Shown here: one piece after another, positions 50,831-64,000 of the stretch
How positions within the stretch are numbered: position 1 is the first letter of the stretch
How the letters are laid out: each line of letters begins with the position of its first letter
Assembly (NCBI RefSeq): GCF_037042905.1
Contig: NC_087246.1
Location: 15,314,001 to 15,378,000 of the forward strand
DNA length: 64,000 bases
DNA from: Lytechinus pictus
Taxonomy: Eukaryota
Direction of reading: 5' to 3'
Made by a program: the position numbers and the translations under genes
Notes under the pieces: generated by a model
Told to the model about the DNA's origin: nothing
What the model saw: the letters and a program-made list of their open reading frames with translations, nothing else
The model's database searches: none

Positions 50831-52937
50831 AATTACTAAGATTAAGATTACTAATAATAATAGTAATGATAATAATAATAAGAAGGAGAGGAGGAGGAAA
50901 TGTAGAGAAGAGAAATAAAAGAGAAAGAGGAGAAAAAGAAAATTAAAAGGAGAAATAAAATGGAAAAAAATACATATTCAGGGGAAGCGATGGCTAATGC
51001 GAGCATGAGAGCAATTTACGGGTGACAGGTCAATAATTATTTATCGATATCAAAATTTCGCTCGCACTACACACCCTGCTCAGCTCAAATGATTTTTTGA
51101 TCTTGCAAAATGCAAATATTACTTTATTCCCTCATTTAAACATTCCATTAAATTCCAGTTTTTAGATCTAAATATTACTCAATTTCTGTTGGTGTTTCGC
51201 GCTCGCATTCTTTGTTTTGTGAGATTGGTATTATGTAAAATAATGATCCTTTAAAAAAATGACCCTTTATAAAAGGCTTGCGCTTCGCTCGCATTTTTGT
51301 TAGATGAATCTACGCACCGTGATTGAAAATTTGCTTTTAATGCCCCGTTTTCAGGTTTGAAGAGTTAATAAGCAATTTAAACCAAAAAGTTTAATGAATA
51401 AAATTGTTTCTTCTTATCCAGATATGCGAATGTAGAAAACGGATAATATTCATCCCGATGACAAAATCTCAAGTCTTCCAGGTGATCGATGATGACGTTA
51501 GAGCGTTCCTTCCATTTCTCTGAATAAGATTTCCAGTATACATGGTATAGCCTCATTCATGGAAGTTATGCCTTATCATCAACATTACGAAACTGAAAAG
51601 TTATTTTCTCTCAGTGTTTTATATGTTCAGTTCGGAACTTTCAGTTCAGGACATGATGATTATAATCCATGCACTCGCATTATTTGTATAAGATGCGAAC
51701 CCTGTTTGTGAATTTGTACAAGTAGTCCTAATAATTATGTTACTTAAAAAAAAAAAAAAAATCAGTTTCTACTTCGTACTTGCAATATTTATTTATTGTG
51801 AAACCAAAGGTGTTTATATAGAGCGTCCATTTTTTCAGGAGCACCAATGTGTAAATAATCAGCAGAATCCTAGCATATACGGTTTTGTGACCATCATGAT
51901 ACTTCGAAAACCGAGAACGTTCGCAGAAATCATAAAAGGAATTATGTGTTATCAGACATACTACCGAAAATGAAAAAAGGGGTTCCTTTTGTTTTGAACT
52001 AGATTAATAATCCATGCATTCGCATTATTTGTTTAGTGTGATACGGTTCATGAATTCGGGTTAAATGATCCCTTTCCATGTTTTTTCAGTTAATTGTCTA
52101 ATTTGAATGCTCACGGTGATATACAGAAGGGGCTCACAGAATTTTCCTTTTGATTAAGTCAGGATATGAATATATTTGAGGTTGCGCTTCATGCTCCAAT
52201 TATTTGTTTATTGGCTGTTTCTCTAGCTGGTTACGTGTCTTGTTCATGAATTCCAACTAAGTCCTTAAAATGTCACCTTTTCAGGGAAGAATAACAAAAG
52301 AATGATTGAATTGAATTGAATTGAATGTATTTATTGTCCTGTGTAGTAAATTCATTTCACATCGGATTTACAAAATTACAAATACATATGCACATAGACA
52401 GAATGAAATAGACTTACAATACCGTGGGATTACATACACAAACAAAATGCCGTATACGTTATTTCAAATATAATAGAAAAAAGTACAATTGCAGATGTAT
52501 AAATTGATTAATTGTTCAAATATTAATTGGTTTGTGATTCCATCTCCAGCCCGAATACGGGGGGGGGGGGTGGAACGAGTATTGCGAGACTTTAAATTAA
52601 AGGTGAGTATTAAAAGGGGCGGGGTTCACAGTAAGCTAAGTGCAATTCCCCATTCTATCTGACAACTGTACTATTAAACACATGTTGAGAATTGAAATGA
52701 CTGCCTAAAACGTACTCTGTTAGTACGGGAGACACAGAGGCGAACACCAGACCTATTGAAGTTGTAATATCAGTGTAGAGGGTGAGATGGATCTTTTAAG
52801 ATAGCCTCAACTTTAGCCAGTAATCTCTCGTTGTACAGAGTTTCAATTGGGGGTAATTCAAGACCGATTATTTTCTGGGCAATTTTCCGTGGGCGTGTTG
52901 TTCGATTTAGTGATGCGCTCGTATATGATTACGTTTA

Positions 52938-54297
52938 CACTCTGAATTCCAAGGATTTACGTAGAATTGATCCAGATCGGCTGTGGACAGTGACCGGCCG
53001 AATTTTGAATTTATTTTAAATCTTAAGGATTAACTTATAAATCTCTAAAGACTTTAATTCAAATCTTTTAGATTTATATTCAAATCAACAAGGTTTAAAT
53101 CTAAATCTATATTCGGCTGGTCACTATTCACAGCCGATCTGGATTTAAACCCCTGAAAAAAAAATTGGAAATCTGTGTTTTTTTCATTAATTTCTCCCAA
53201 CTCCCAATTTTACACAATGCGTGTTTTACATCATTCAAAAATCATATAATTTTCTTTAAAATGATACCATGCTTGTTATGATCATGCCATCACGAAAAGA
53301 GCAAGCTTCAAAAGTGTTGGATGAGGTCTGAATTGAAAAGCTGCAAAACAAGCAAAAAAAAGTTTGGAAATCTGAGTTTGGCCATTAATTTCTCCCAACT
53401 CCCAATTTGACACAATGCATATCTTCCATCATTCAAAAGATCATTTAATTTTCTTTAAAATGATACCATGCTTGTTATGATAATGCCATCACGAAAAGAG
53501 CAGGATTCAAAAGTGTTGGATGAGGTCTGAATTGAAAAGCTGCAAAACGAGCAGAAACAGTCATGAAGGGTCAATACAGAACATGATTCTTTTGTCTGTG
53601 TCAATAGACATGATAGAGATGAAAATCCATTCAAATCAAGTCCCTGCTTCTGTAGTGATGGTTCTGTGAGATAACATGGTTTGAGTCGTGGTTTGAAATA
53701 CCCCATGCATGTTTGTTTGTTTGTAGTATGTGTTTGCTTGGGCAGAGGTGTGTTTGACTCCATGTTAATGTTGATGTTAAGGTGCATGAAAACAATTAAA
53801 AGAAACCGCTGAGAAACTCATCACCACTGAAAAAAGAACAGTGACTTTCAATAATGTGTCATTTTTCAACTTTTGAATTTTGACCTTGCCCCACATTTCA
53901 AGGCATGCATTGCACCTCCATGTGAACCATAATCATATCATGTAGGGTATCATTTTAAAGAGAATTAAATGCTCTATTCATTGATATTAATTATACATTG
54001 ATATTTACTAAAATCGAGGAGGAATCATCGATCAAAGTAAAAACAAACCGCTGAGAAACTCATCACCACGGAAAAAGAACAGTGACTCTCAATATTGTGT
54101 CATTTTGCGACTTTCAATATTGTGTCATTTTGCAACTTTTGAATTTTGACCTTACCCCACATTTCAAGGCACTATATACACCTCCATGTGAACCATAATC
54201 ATATCATGTAGGGTATCATTTTAAAGAGAATTAAATGCTCTATTCATTTCCAAACTTTTTTGGAGGAGTTTATTTTAAATCCTTGGAATTTAGAGTG
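52938..54297. mobile_element. Non-autonomous DNA transposon with CAC termini (EnSpm/CMC-like); contains two internal tandem duplications
   Basis: TIRs CACTCT(G/A)AATTCCAAGGATTTA with TA flanks. Duplications at ~53165/53365 and ~53803/54045. Confidence 0.7.
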
Positions 54298-54789
54298 TAG
54301 TGAAATAAGACTTATTTCACTTCGAGAAGCCGATCATTAATTTTTTAAGGAAAATTTTCCGCCCTCCATGTTTGACAGTCCCAGCCTCCGCCTCTGGAGA
54401 ATACTGTTAGCTGTATACCACAGTCCTCTATACTTATAAGATGAAACATTCAACAAATCTCCCTTCTATCTGTATGGTGCGAATGTACCGACCCTCTTTG
54501 TAACTTTTTCTTTTTTTCCCCCGTTAAAGTTGCATTTTAGTTTTCATTATTCAGTAGAATGAATCTTAGCCACCCCTCCGAAACCAAAAAACACTTTGTT
54601 TTATGATATAATGCGGTTGTGGAGCAATCAAGCTGAAAGTGTTAATGCTGGAATAGAAACTAAACTTGAAAATTGAATGAATTTCAAGTAATGAAATCTA
54701 TACGTCATTCTAGGTCATCAAAGCTAAGTTATTTGATGTACAACATCAAAAACCTTAATCAGAATGAAGATTTTTTTTCATGTCATTTT

Positions 54790-56105
54790 TGTCTCGCCTG
54801 GGCGCCGCTTTTCCAACGGCGGCGGCGGCGTCGTCAACATTGAAATCTTAACTAAGGTTGATTTTTGTCTCGCCTGCGTAGAAGAGCGGGACTATAGTCG
54901 CCGCTATTCTGACGGTGGCCGCGGAGGCGGCGGCGTCGTCAACATTGGTTGAGTTTTTGAACTGTCAGTAGAAAGTATATAGACCTAGTTCATGAAACTT
55001 TGAAATAAGGGTAATCAATCACAGTGACTGACCACCTTGCATGAGTTTCATGTTACATGGCCAAGGTCAGAGATCATTTAGGATCAATGAACTTTGACCA
55101 TGTTGGGGATATCAACATTGAAATCTTAACCAAGGTTAATTTTTTTGTCTCGCCTGTATAGCAGAGCGAGACTATAGGCGCCGCTTTTCCGACGGCGGCG
55201 GCGGTGTCAACATCAAATCATAAACGGAGGTTAAGTTTTTGAAATGTCATCATAACTGAGAAAGTATATGGGCCTAGTTCATGAAACTTGGACATAAGGG
55301 TAATTAAGTATTACTGAACACCCTGCCTGAGTTTCAGATCACATGACCAAGGTCAAAGGTCATTTAGGGTCAATGAACTAGGACCATGTTGGGGAATCAA
55401 CATCAAAATCGTAACCGAAGGTTAAGTTTTTGAAATGCCATCATAACTTAGAAAGTATATGGGCCTCGTTCATGAAACTTTGACATAAGGGTAATCAATT
55501 ATAACTGAACACAATGTCTGAGTTTCAGATCACATGACCAAGGTCAAATGTCATTTAGGGTCAATGAACTTAGATTATGTTAGGGGAATCAAAATCTTAA
55601 GCAAGGTTAAGTTTTTTTAAATATCCTAACTCTGAAATTTAGGGTCATTGAACTTTGGCCATGTTTGTGGTATTTGTTGATTTCCATCATAACTTTGACA
55701 GTTTATGGATCTGGTTCATGAAACTTGGACATAAGAGTAATCAAGTATCACTGAACATCCTTTGTGAGTTTCAGGTCCCATGACCTAGGTCAATGAACTT
55801 TGGCCGTGTTGGGGGTATTTGTTGAATTGCCATCATAACTTTGAAAGTTTACTACTAGTTCATAAAATGTGGATATAAGGGTAATCAAGTATCACTGATT
55901 GTCTTGCACAAGTCTTTGGTCACATGATCAAGGTCAAATGTCATTTAGGGTCAGTGAACATAGTAATTTATCATCATATATGGTGTTTTTTGTAAATGAT
56001 TATTCGTAAATTCGATTATTCGTAAATATATAGTCGTTTTCAAAGTCAGCACTGCTGCTATATTAAATCGCGTAATGCATGCGAGACTGCCAGAGGCTCC
56101 TCTTG
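54790..56105 (+). mobile_element. HINE family A cluster with three 5' ends and one 3' end
   Basis: T-run|GTCTCGCCTG at ~54791, ~54867 and ~55147; single 3' end GCGAGACTGCCAGAGGCTCCTCTTG. Confidence 0.75.
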
Positions 56106-56174
56106 TTTTGAAATATGCTAACTTTTAATGCAAATGGATTTACATGATTGTTATTATCATATCAGTGATGTTTT

Positions 56175-56395
56175 TGTCTCACCCATCGGAGGTGAAGGCA
56201 AGACTAAAGAGATCCAAATGTCGTCCGTCTGTCACAAACATTACGACAGATAACTTTGCAACCGTAAGTCACTTTCAACCAAACTTGGGTTGTAGATGCA
56301 TTTATGTTATGGTGCAATCGGAGGTCACATGGTAAGGTCATTTCAGGTCAAACGTTAAAGGTCACGTGTAAGATTCTCTTGTGACACATAACTCT
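56175..56395 (+). mobile_element. 5' fragment of a further HINE-like family
   Basis: T-run|GTCTCACC start, GTCCGTCTGTC microrepeat and AGGTCA-rich unit. Confidence 0.45.
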
Positions 56396-56574
56396 GATAT
56401 CCACTCTCCACATAACTCTGATATCCACTCTCTCCAGAGAGTGGCTTTAGCTTTGGTTTGCTTTTTTTAAACCAAATCTTATTGAGTATTGGTCTACAGT
56501 ACTGGCATTGGTAGAAAACTAGAAATCAAACAATTATTTATATCACCCAATTACATTTTTATCTCCCATCCCAG

Positions 56575-56736
56575 GATATCAGATCGAGGAGGAGGTATCC
56601 CTCATTCCATGTTGAAGAAGGTGTTTCAGTATCACTTCACTACAGCTAATGATGATGAGAGTGTGAGTGATAATGGTGGAGCATTCGGTACTTTGATGGA
56701 AGCCGTTAATCAGACTACAGCTGGGCCTCTCTGCGG
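56575..56736 (+). CDS. BCKDK: BCKDK coding exon 9
   Basis: ISDRGGGI (G1 box) ... YHFTTA ... GPLCG. Confidence 0.95.
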
Positions 56737-57327
56737 GTGAGTGCTGCATATATTTGCAAACATACCAATCAAGAACCTATCAAATCTTATATATCATTGA
56801 TTTAAAAGCCACATCATACTGCAAAGAAATATATATAAAAATCAATCTTTTACAGGATTTTAGTTTGAGCAATATTTGGCTTGCCACAGATTCTGAAACA
56901 AATTTTTACTAGAGCTCAAATGGCTTTAAGATGTTATCATGCAAAGGCTAAAAAAATCATTTTTATTATGTGCTCAACTTGGCTCAATTTTGGGGGAAAT
57001 GTGGAACCTGCATTAAAACTTTCACTTGATTTTTTTTTTACTCAACAAGGATGAATCATTATTTTGTTACTGTTTTAATGTTGGCACAAAAAGCTCTGCA
57101 TGTTTTTTCAATATGGATAAACTCGAAGAGATATTTTGTCAAAGGGAGAAAAAAAGTGGCGTTGTTTTCGTTGGAATTAAATATGTAGTTTCATATTCTT
57201 TCATATTGATGTCATATGTTTTATGTACTAAGTGAGTTATGTTAAGTAATGCATGAATTTTCAAAAGGTCTAAAAGGCAGAACTTGTTTGATTTTTTTGT
57301 TTAAAGCCTGAAGAATCTTTTTCAGCT

Positions 57328-57380
57328 GATTATTGTTATTATTATCATTATTATTATTATTGCTGTTGTTGTTGTTGTTA
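57328..57380. repeat. (TTA/TTG)n microsatellite
   Basis: Direct reading. Confidence 0.8.
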
Positions 57381-57540
57381 TTTGTTTGGCATCTTCTGTG
57401 CGTGGAAGGCAAAAAAGCGACCTGAATGACTGTGACCCACGAGTCTCTCTTCCTGATGTGCAGTAGTACATATTTGTCATGTACAAGGAGATGAGTCATA
57501 ATTTAATTAGAATTACCATATTCTATGTTATTCTCTTCAG

Positions 57541-57685
57541 ATTTGGATTTGGACTACCTGTATCAAAGGCATATGCAGAATACCTAGGAGGATCAATATC
57601 ACTAGAGACCATGCAAGGAATCGGAACAGATGTCTTCCTCAGATTGAGGCACATCGAGGGCAAGCAAGAAAGCTTTAGGATTTAA
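57541..57685 (+). CDS. BCKDK: BCKDK last coding exon
   Basis: [17 protein letters not shown] (G2 box) ... [15 protein letters not shown] matches the BCKDK C-terminus. Confidence 0.95.
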
Positions 57686-60600
57686 CTTGAAAAGCATCAT
57701 CAAGCTCTCAAATCATAAAAAAAGAGGTATGACATCTTGAAATTCAGACCCTTTGGCATCATGTCAATTTGTGGTACCAGTATTCTCTTGTTGTTGGCTA
57801 GGCTTATACCAAAAAGATGCAAGTACCATAAGTTTGTGTTTGCGAGAAAAAGATGATCAGAGAAAGGGCCATTGATCCTTTATAATTCAGAGACTGAAAA
57901 TTGTACCCTGGTACATTCATTTATGTGATGAAAACCATTTCCAAAGAAAAGCTGTATAATTATTGTTTGAGATCACATTTGATCTCTTTTGTGCAGATAT
58001 GTAAATCCAGTGGATATTCAAAGCTTCTTTTCTGTATTCTTAAATCGTATCTATCATTCACTTGTTTGTTTTTACCTTGTTGAAATGATGTCCAGTTGTT
58101 AAACGATTACCAAGCATCTAAATAACCTTATGATAGGACAAAATGTAAAACAGTGAAATAAAATAAGTCTCTAAAATGAAACTGATAGGTGACATTCCTA
58201 TTACCCAAAATATAGCATGCATGGTCATTGACATAGAACAAAGAAAATTGCAATGTTTTAGATCTTTGAACTTAATTAACCATTTGTTGATCTAAGTCAA
58301 CTTTAAGATTGATTTTCCTGTCAAGAATACTAGCTTACACTCCTTTTGAATATAGATAATATTTTTTGTCTGTAGTTTTGATTTTCAATTTACCCAATAA
58401 CAACTCATTAGACATAACAATGTTACCATTGACTTATGCTGCATTATTTTTTTTTTTCTTCACCAAATCTTTCAACTAAAAACTTAATGAGACTTGATTT
58501 GTGACAATGTGTCTCTTGTGACCAAGATATTGGCTAGACAAAGAATTTTTGTTTGTCAAGTTTTATCAAAATATGGTGAAAATAGGCTGATTTAATGGTT
58601 TTAACTTTTTTTACATTCATGAGTTCTGTCTTTTGAGATAAGTATAAGTATAAAATTGAATATGTTGTAAGCTTGTTGTAAATTATTTTAGCTAAGTTAT
58701 ATTACATGAGCTCAGGTTTTGTGCATTTCCCTATTTGGATATGGTGCTAGAAGATGGCTAGAAGATGTATAGCTAGTATGCATAAAACAAAAAATCAATG
58801 TGTGCATCTCGATAAGGTTAAAGAGTGGCAATTACCAGAAAAGACTTTACTCTGCCAGTTAAAACTTGGTGTTTTATATTAAGATTAAGAGCTTCAAATA
58901 TTAAGGGGATATTGCAAAAAATAATTGTATTCTCTTTGGGCAAAGAGGTAATTTGTGAGTAACATACTAGTGTCATGTCACCAAAAAGAAGGCTGGTGCA
59001 GAACTCGATCAACATGGAGATTGATCCCGTTGCAAATGTTATTGTTTGGTTCATGTTCCAGCTCTACAATGCCAAATTCTATGAAGCTTCTTTCTTACAC
59101 TTCAGCAATTAATGTGCTCCATTATCTGGTGTAAGTAAACAAAATATATATATATATACATATACGACTAGGAAACAAAATGTTCTTGGATATTTGGTGG
59201 ACAGTTGTATGTATGCTGAGGTCAGATCACGGATGTAGCTGCAGTGACTAACTTTAATGAACATAGGCTGAACCAGAGAATTTTTAGAAATATGTGTTCT
59301 CTTGTATGTTTTTCTTAAAAACTAAATTTCAACAATCAATGCATAGAATTCATCAGTTTAACTGATTTATCTGTAAGGCATTTGAAAGATTGCCCACTAT
59401 GTGGAATGCTTAACTAATCGAAATGTTATTATTAATATAATCATAATTAGAGGTATTCCGATTGAACAAATTGTAAACTTACCTGATATAGCACTATAGG
59501 TGGGACATATAAACTGATATACTGGAAGGATGTAATTATAATTTGTTCATTTGTACCCTTTATAAAATTTACCTTTTACTCAAAAGATTATTTTTAAAGA
59601 TACAAAAACAGGATTTTTTTTTTAAATCTCATACAATTGCACCTAGTTCAGACATGGCAAGGCACAGCTCAGTTAAATTTCAAATTTAGCCATGGTGATA
59701 CAAATGCCCCCTTTTGTGCTGCACAGGAGCATTTAATGAAAAAACTTGTTGGATGAAAATGTTGATGAAATGCCCCCCTCTTTATTATGATGTCACAAGT
59801 CATAATTTTAATGTCGAGTTTTTCTTAGCATCTTGGAATAAACATAAATGTCCACTATAATTCTTTGAAGAATTTGATTGGTTCTCAACATTTTTGTAAT
59901 CTGAATAAAATTAAATATCTTTTGAATCTGAGGAAACAAAATTTGTGCCTCATATCCCATTGACTTTGAACACAAAATGATGCTGAACTTTAATGTGCTA
60001 TGTTTGAATTAGCCTTTACATGTAGATCTTGCCTTTATTTGTTACATATGTGTTTCACTTTGTATTTTGTAGGTCTTGATGCATCTAAATACTGCTGATA
60101 GTGAATTTATTTTGAATGAATATTGTTTTATCTTTTGTTTGTTTCATTTGTTGAATACTTTGGTTTTATATTTCATGTTGTGTGTAGATAAGGGAATATC
60201 TGTGTTAGTTATTAATTTTCTATCCCCTCCAAGTCATTGTATTTCAATCATTAGTATCAGGTATGTAGTCCAGGCTGGTACTTTGAGTCACAATGCAGAT
60301 GGAGGAAACCTTCTCCAATAGACTTTGTACTAGTGACTCGGGCCGAGTCCGAGAACATGGCTGGCAAAATGTGGCCTCAAGGCCGGTCCTAACTACATCC
60401 TTGATTAGCATGGATGAAACCGATGCCTGGTGTACAGATACAAGATACTGGCCTTCCATAGACTTTGTAGTGTAGATTTTGACCAAGGCTGGCAAATGTG
60501 GACTCAGGGCTGGCCTTCACCATAATAGAGTGAAATTAACTTCATTACGGAAGGAACAAAGGTAAATGTCTGGAGTGGAATTTACAAGTTTGATTCAGGA

Positions 60601-63600
60601 GGAAATACAGTGTGTTTATATTTTAATTCATCCTTCATCAGATAATTAGTCTGGATTTTCATGCCACCAAGATATTCAGTACTTTTTAATAACAAGACCT
60701 GTGTGCTTTTACTCATAGATGGCTATACTACCTGTGTGCACACAACATATTCTCATTCAACACTGCTATGCATACATATACCTTGTAGTGCAATGGGTTT
60801 AGCTTTCTTTTGACTAATTTAATATCAAAGGAGAGTCATTGGCCATTATCAAAGATTTCCCCTCTCCTTAAAGCAAAAACAAACTATTAGAACTGTTAAG
60901 ATATCATTGTATTAGTAAATTTAAATTTCAAAGTTTTATTTGTTTTACTTTTACAGGTGTGTGTGCATATAAGATACAATGGTGTGAATTTTTTTAATAT
61001 GATGCTTGTAATGTTATAATTTTATAACATTTGAATGATCAGTTAAAAGTCTTAGATTAGTCCTAGCAGAAGAGCATAACCTTTTATCTGCTGTCTTTCT
61101 GTCTGATGGAAACTGAGTAGTAAAGACCTTGTGTTTTGTTTATGTTAGTCACACCCATCATAATTCATTCATGAGCTAGAAAGGGTAGTACTAAAGAAAA
61201 TCTGTATTCTTTTGCGCAAAGTTTTTCATTGCTTATGCCACCTTGCCTGGAGTAAATTATTTATTTCTCTTTTTTTTTTCTTTTCTATTCTTCATGCAGT
61301 CTAGTGATATGTAACTGATTAAGACTGTCAAGTATTATTAGCATTTATTTTTATCATGGAATTTATGTTTTCAGAGACACATCCTGTTATGCCTTTGAAT
61401 TTTGAAAAATATATATAAATAGTAGTTAACAAGCTATGTGTTCTGTTAATTAATGATAAAGCAATTATAGTTTATGGTACAAAAATAGCATTGGGGAGAA
61501 ATTAGTACATTCAATGTCAAGTAATCATTTGCATGAGTGTGCTAAATTATGGAAATGGCGTTAAAAATTTTTGGCGGGAAATATGTGAATTGGCAACACC
61601 CTGGTATTCGAATTTAGGGGAAAATCACTTTTTACATTTTATGAGTAGATAACTTATCAAGTGGTGTTCTGTCTAAATTTGCCTTAAATCATCCCTACAA
61701 TCAATCACTAAAGCTTGATGTGATGAGGCCCTCTCTATCTTTAAACCTATGTTTAACACATTATTGACACAAGGGTATTTTCATCACCTTGAATCATCTT
61801 TAAATTGCTGAAAAGCGTGCAAATCCATCTCTATAATACCTTCGGAATGTCTCCTCTTGCATAACATGATGTTCTTGCAGTATCCAGTTAAGAGTTATTC
61901 TTGATGAATTACAATAAGCCAACCTGTTGTAAATCTCGTTATATTTTCATATAAACTATCTCAAAATACATATTAGCTTGCGCACAGAGTATTTATGTGC
62001 TGTTGTTAGCTTTGTGCATATTAGACCTCTGACACTATGCATCCTGAATGAAGATATAAGAAAAGATAATACAATTTTATTGTAACTGCGAAGATACATC
62101 AATATTTATGTGAAGAAAATATCAGAATATGAAATGCATTTGCATTCTCATATTTAGGATGTGGAGTGATGCAAAAGCCAGATTTCTTTCCATATTAGGA
62201 CGGCATGATTCTAGATTCATTATACATGCAGCAAGTCCCCAATTTCAGTAATAAGGTAAAATGCAGGACTTTGGGGAGTGTTTTGAGCATTTCAACTCTT
62301 GTATTTTGTATATAGAGAAAGAGTGGACTTATTGAAAATGGCAGCTTGTATAATGGACGTGTGAAAATTTGATTCATTGAAAAATAATGGTTTGAATGAA
62401 AGGTTGATTTATTCCTGTTATAAGGAATGAAATTTTTAAAGGAGAATGGGTTGACATGCTATCTGGTATTCATCTTAGTCCAAGTTTCACAAAACTATCC
62501 CAAGTTTTAATGTTTGTGTGACATCCAAAAGAAACATCAAATAAGTTTGATTTGATATGATGGTTCTTGTGAAATAGACCCTAGCTTTATACCATTAAAC
62601 ATTAAAAGACACAAATAATTGCAACATGTATCATGTTGGTTTTCTTTCCTTTTTTTCTCTAGCAGCTACTACAGTTCATGTATTGTAAAATAGCATTTTA
62701 TGGTTATTTAAAGTGAAAACTAGTATTGCTTTTTACCAACAATGTGTGTAACATGAAAAACAGATATTATGCCAAATATTGTACATATTGGATAAGGTAT
62801 ATAAGAGCTTCGGGCATTATGTAGTAATACATGTACTCGCAGCATCAAGCCAATAGAAAATATTAAGTACCGGTACATGTTTATGGTCTGAATAGTGATT
62901 TTCTATCTCTTTACATATCTATCTAATTTGTGAAATATTTTGTAGGTATAAACAGACATTTTCAAATGTAGCATGTTCAAAGATTTTGTTTGTTTGGATT
63001 AATTCTTTCATCTTTGCTGATAACAACAAAAAACATAAATGATATCCGAAACAAAATGTGTTGAATGCAGAAGATATTTGTTTTGTTATATCAAAGGTAA
63101 CACTTTGCTATGCTATTCGTTATTCAAATTAAATGTAGAATTAATCCCATATTTGAATGGATGAACATATATAACCATATATACCCCATGTTTTCCAAAA
63201 ACTTGATAGTACATAAATGGTGATTATAAATAATTACAAGTAGGCCTATAATAGGCCTTGGTTTTGAGAATGCTTTGTAAAACATATGGTACATTTTTTT
63301 AAATCGTGCTCTGAATCACAATGTGACATGTCTTGTGGTATATAGGATGTGTCATGTAATATGTTTTGAGTATTAAGACAGCAATAAAAAAAATGTATGG
63401 ACTGTATACTACCATATTACTTTTCTAGGCCTTTTCATAGAGTGCTTTATCATAGAAATCTTTTGCTCGTCATAGCTTAACAGGCATTCAAGTCAAATAT
63501 TCTCTTTGAGATAACATTATGTAATGCAAGCTTTGAGTGACGTGTGTTGTAATTACAAGTAAAGCATCCAGGAATAGCGATCAAGTACTAGTGTGAAAGG

Positions 63601-63736
63601 TATTACATCTTTAAAATGTCGGGTAGTAATGGAAATCTAATCTTCATACTAGATGTGTTGACATCCCGAGTGGACATGCGTTTCATTAGGATGTGGGTGT
63701 ATCTGTGAGATTTGTGAAATAATTATGACCAAGTCA

Positions 63737-63931
63737 TTTCATGGTACACCATGTATTTTTTTGTTGGCATATGTTGGTCCTGAAACCACCCAAATTCGAC
63801 GTTTGTACAATTATGTTCTCGTCATCTTCCGGAGAATGCGACAAGAACACACTTGTTTTTAACATCGAGTTTGGGTGGTCGTTTTCAGGACCAACATATG
63901 CCCACGAAAGAGTACATAGTGTACTGTGAAA
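63737..63931. mobile_element. Hairpin MITE
   Basis: Arms of ~65 bp including GGCATATGTTGGTCCTGAAA / TTTCAGGACCAACATATGCC. Confidence 0.7.
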
Positions 63932-64000
63932 CCACTACCCTCTTCTTCTTTGCCATAGAAACCTTCAGAAGTTAGACCAAGTAATTTGCTATTTGTCTCC

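Noticed and set aside
57686-63700. Additional gene downstream of BCKDK
   Set aside because: No convincing exons; AT-rich 3' UTR or intergenic sequence. Several AATAAA sites (e.g. ~58158, ~59904, ~63383) cannot be ranked without transcript data.

Overview
AT-rich, intron-rich animal genomic DNA. The repeat content is consistent with a marine invertebrate such as a sea urchin, but this is inference only. Two multi-exon genes lie on the + strand: an ERK5/MAPK7 orthologue (5 coding exons, 6295-13536, ~1214 aa, atypical TSY activation loop, 10 LQTxGPSS tail repeats) and BCKDK (10 coding exons, 25435-57685, ~418 aa). Nested antisense in the 19.6-kb BCKDK intron is an intact piggyBac-derived gene (43666-45801, ~711 aa). 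It has lost two of three catalytic Asp and the Cys-rich domain, carries a Q/P/M/G-rich N-terminus and a Lys/SP-rich tail, and has a candidate spliced 5' leader exon. This is the best candidate for an undescribed domesticated-transposase regulator. A probable first coding exon of a divergent gene lies at 1019-1094 (-). Introns and intergenic DNA hold Helentron-type non-autonomous elements (HINEs), Kolobok-, hAT-, P-, Sola- and EnSpm-like MITEs, tRNA-derived SINEs, LINE fragments, a minisatellite and tiny palindromic transposon footprints. All calls were made by eye; no searches were run.
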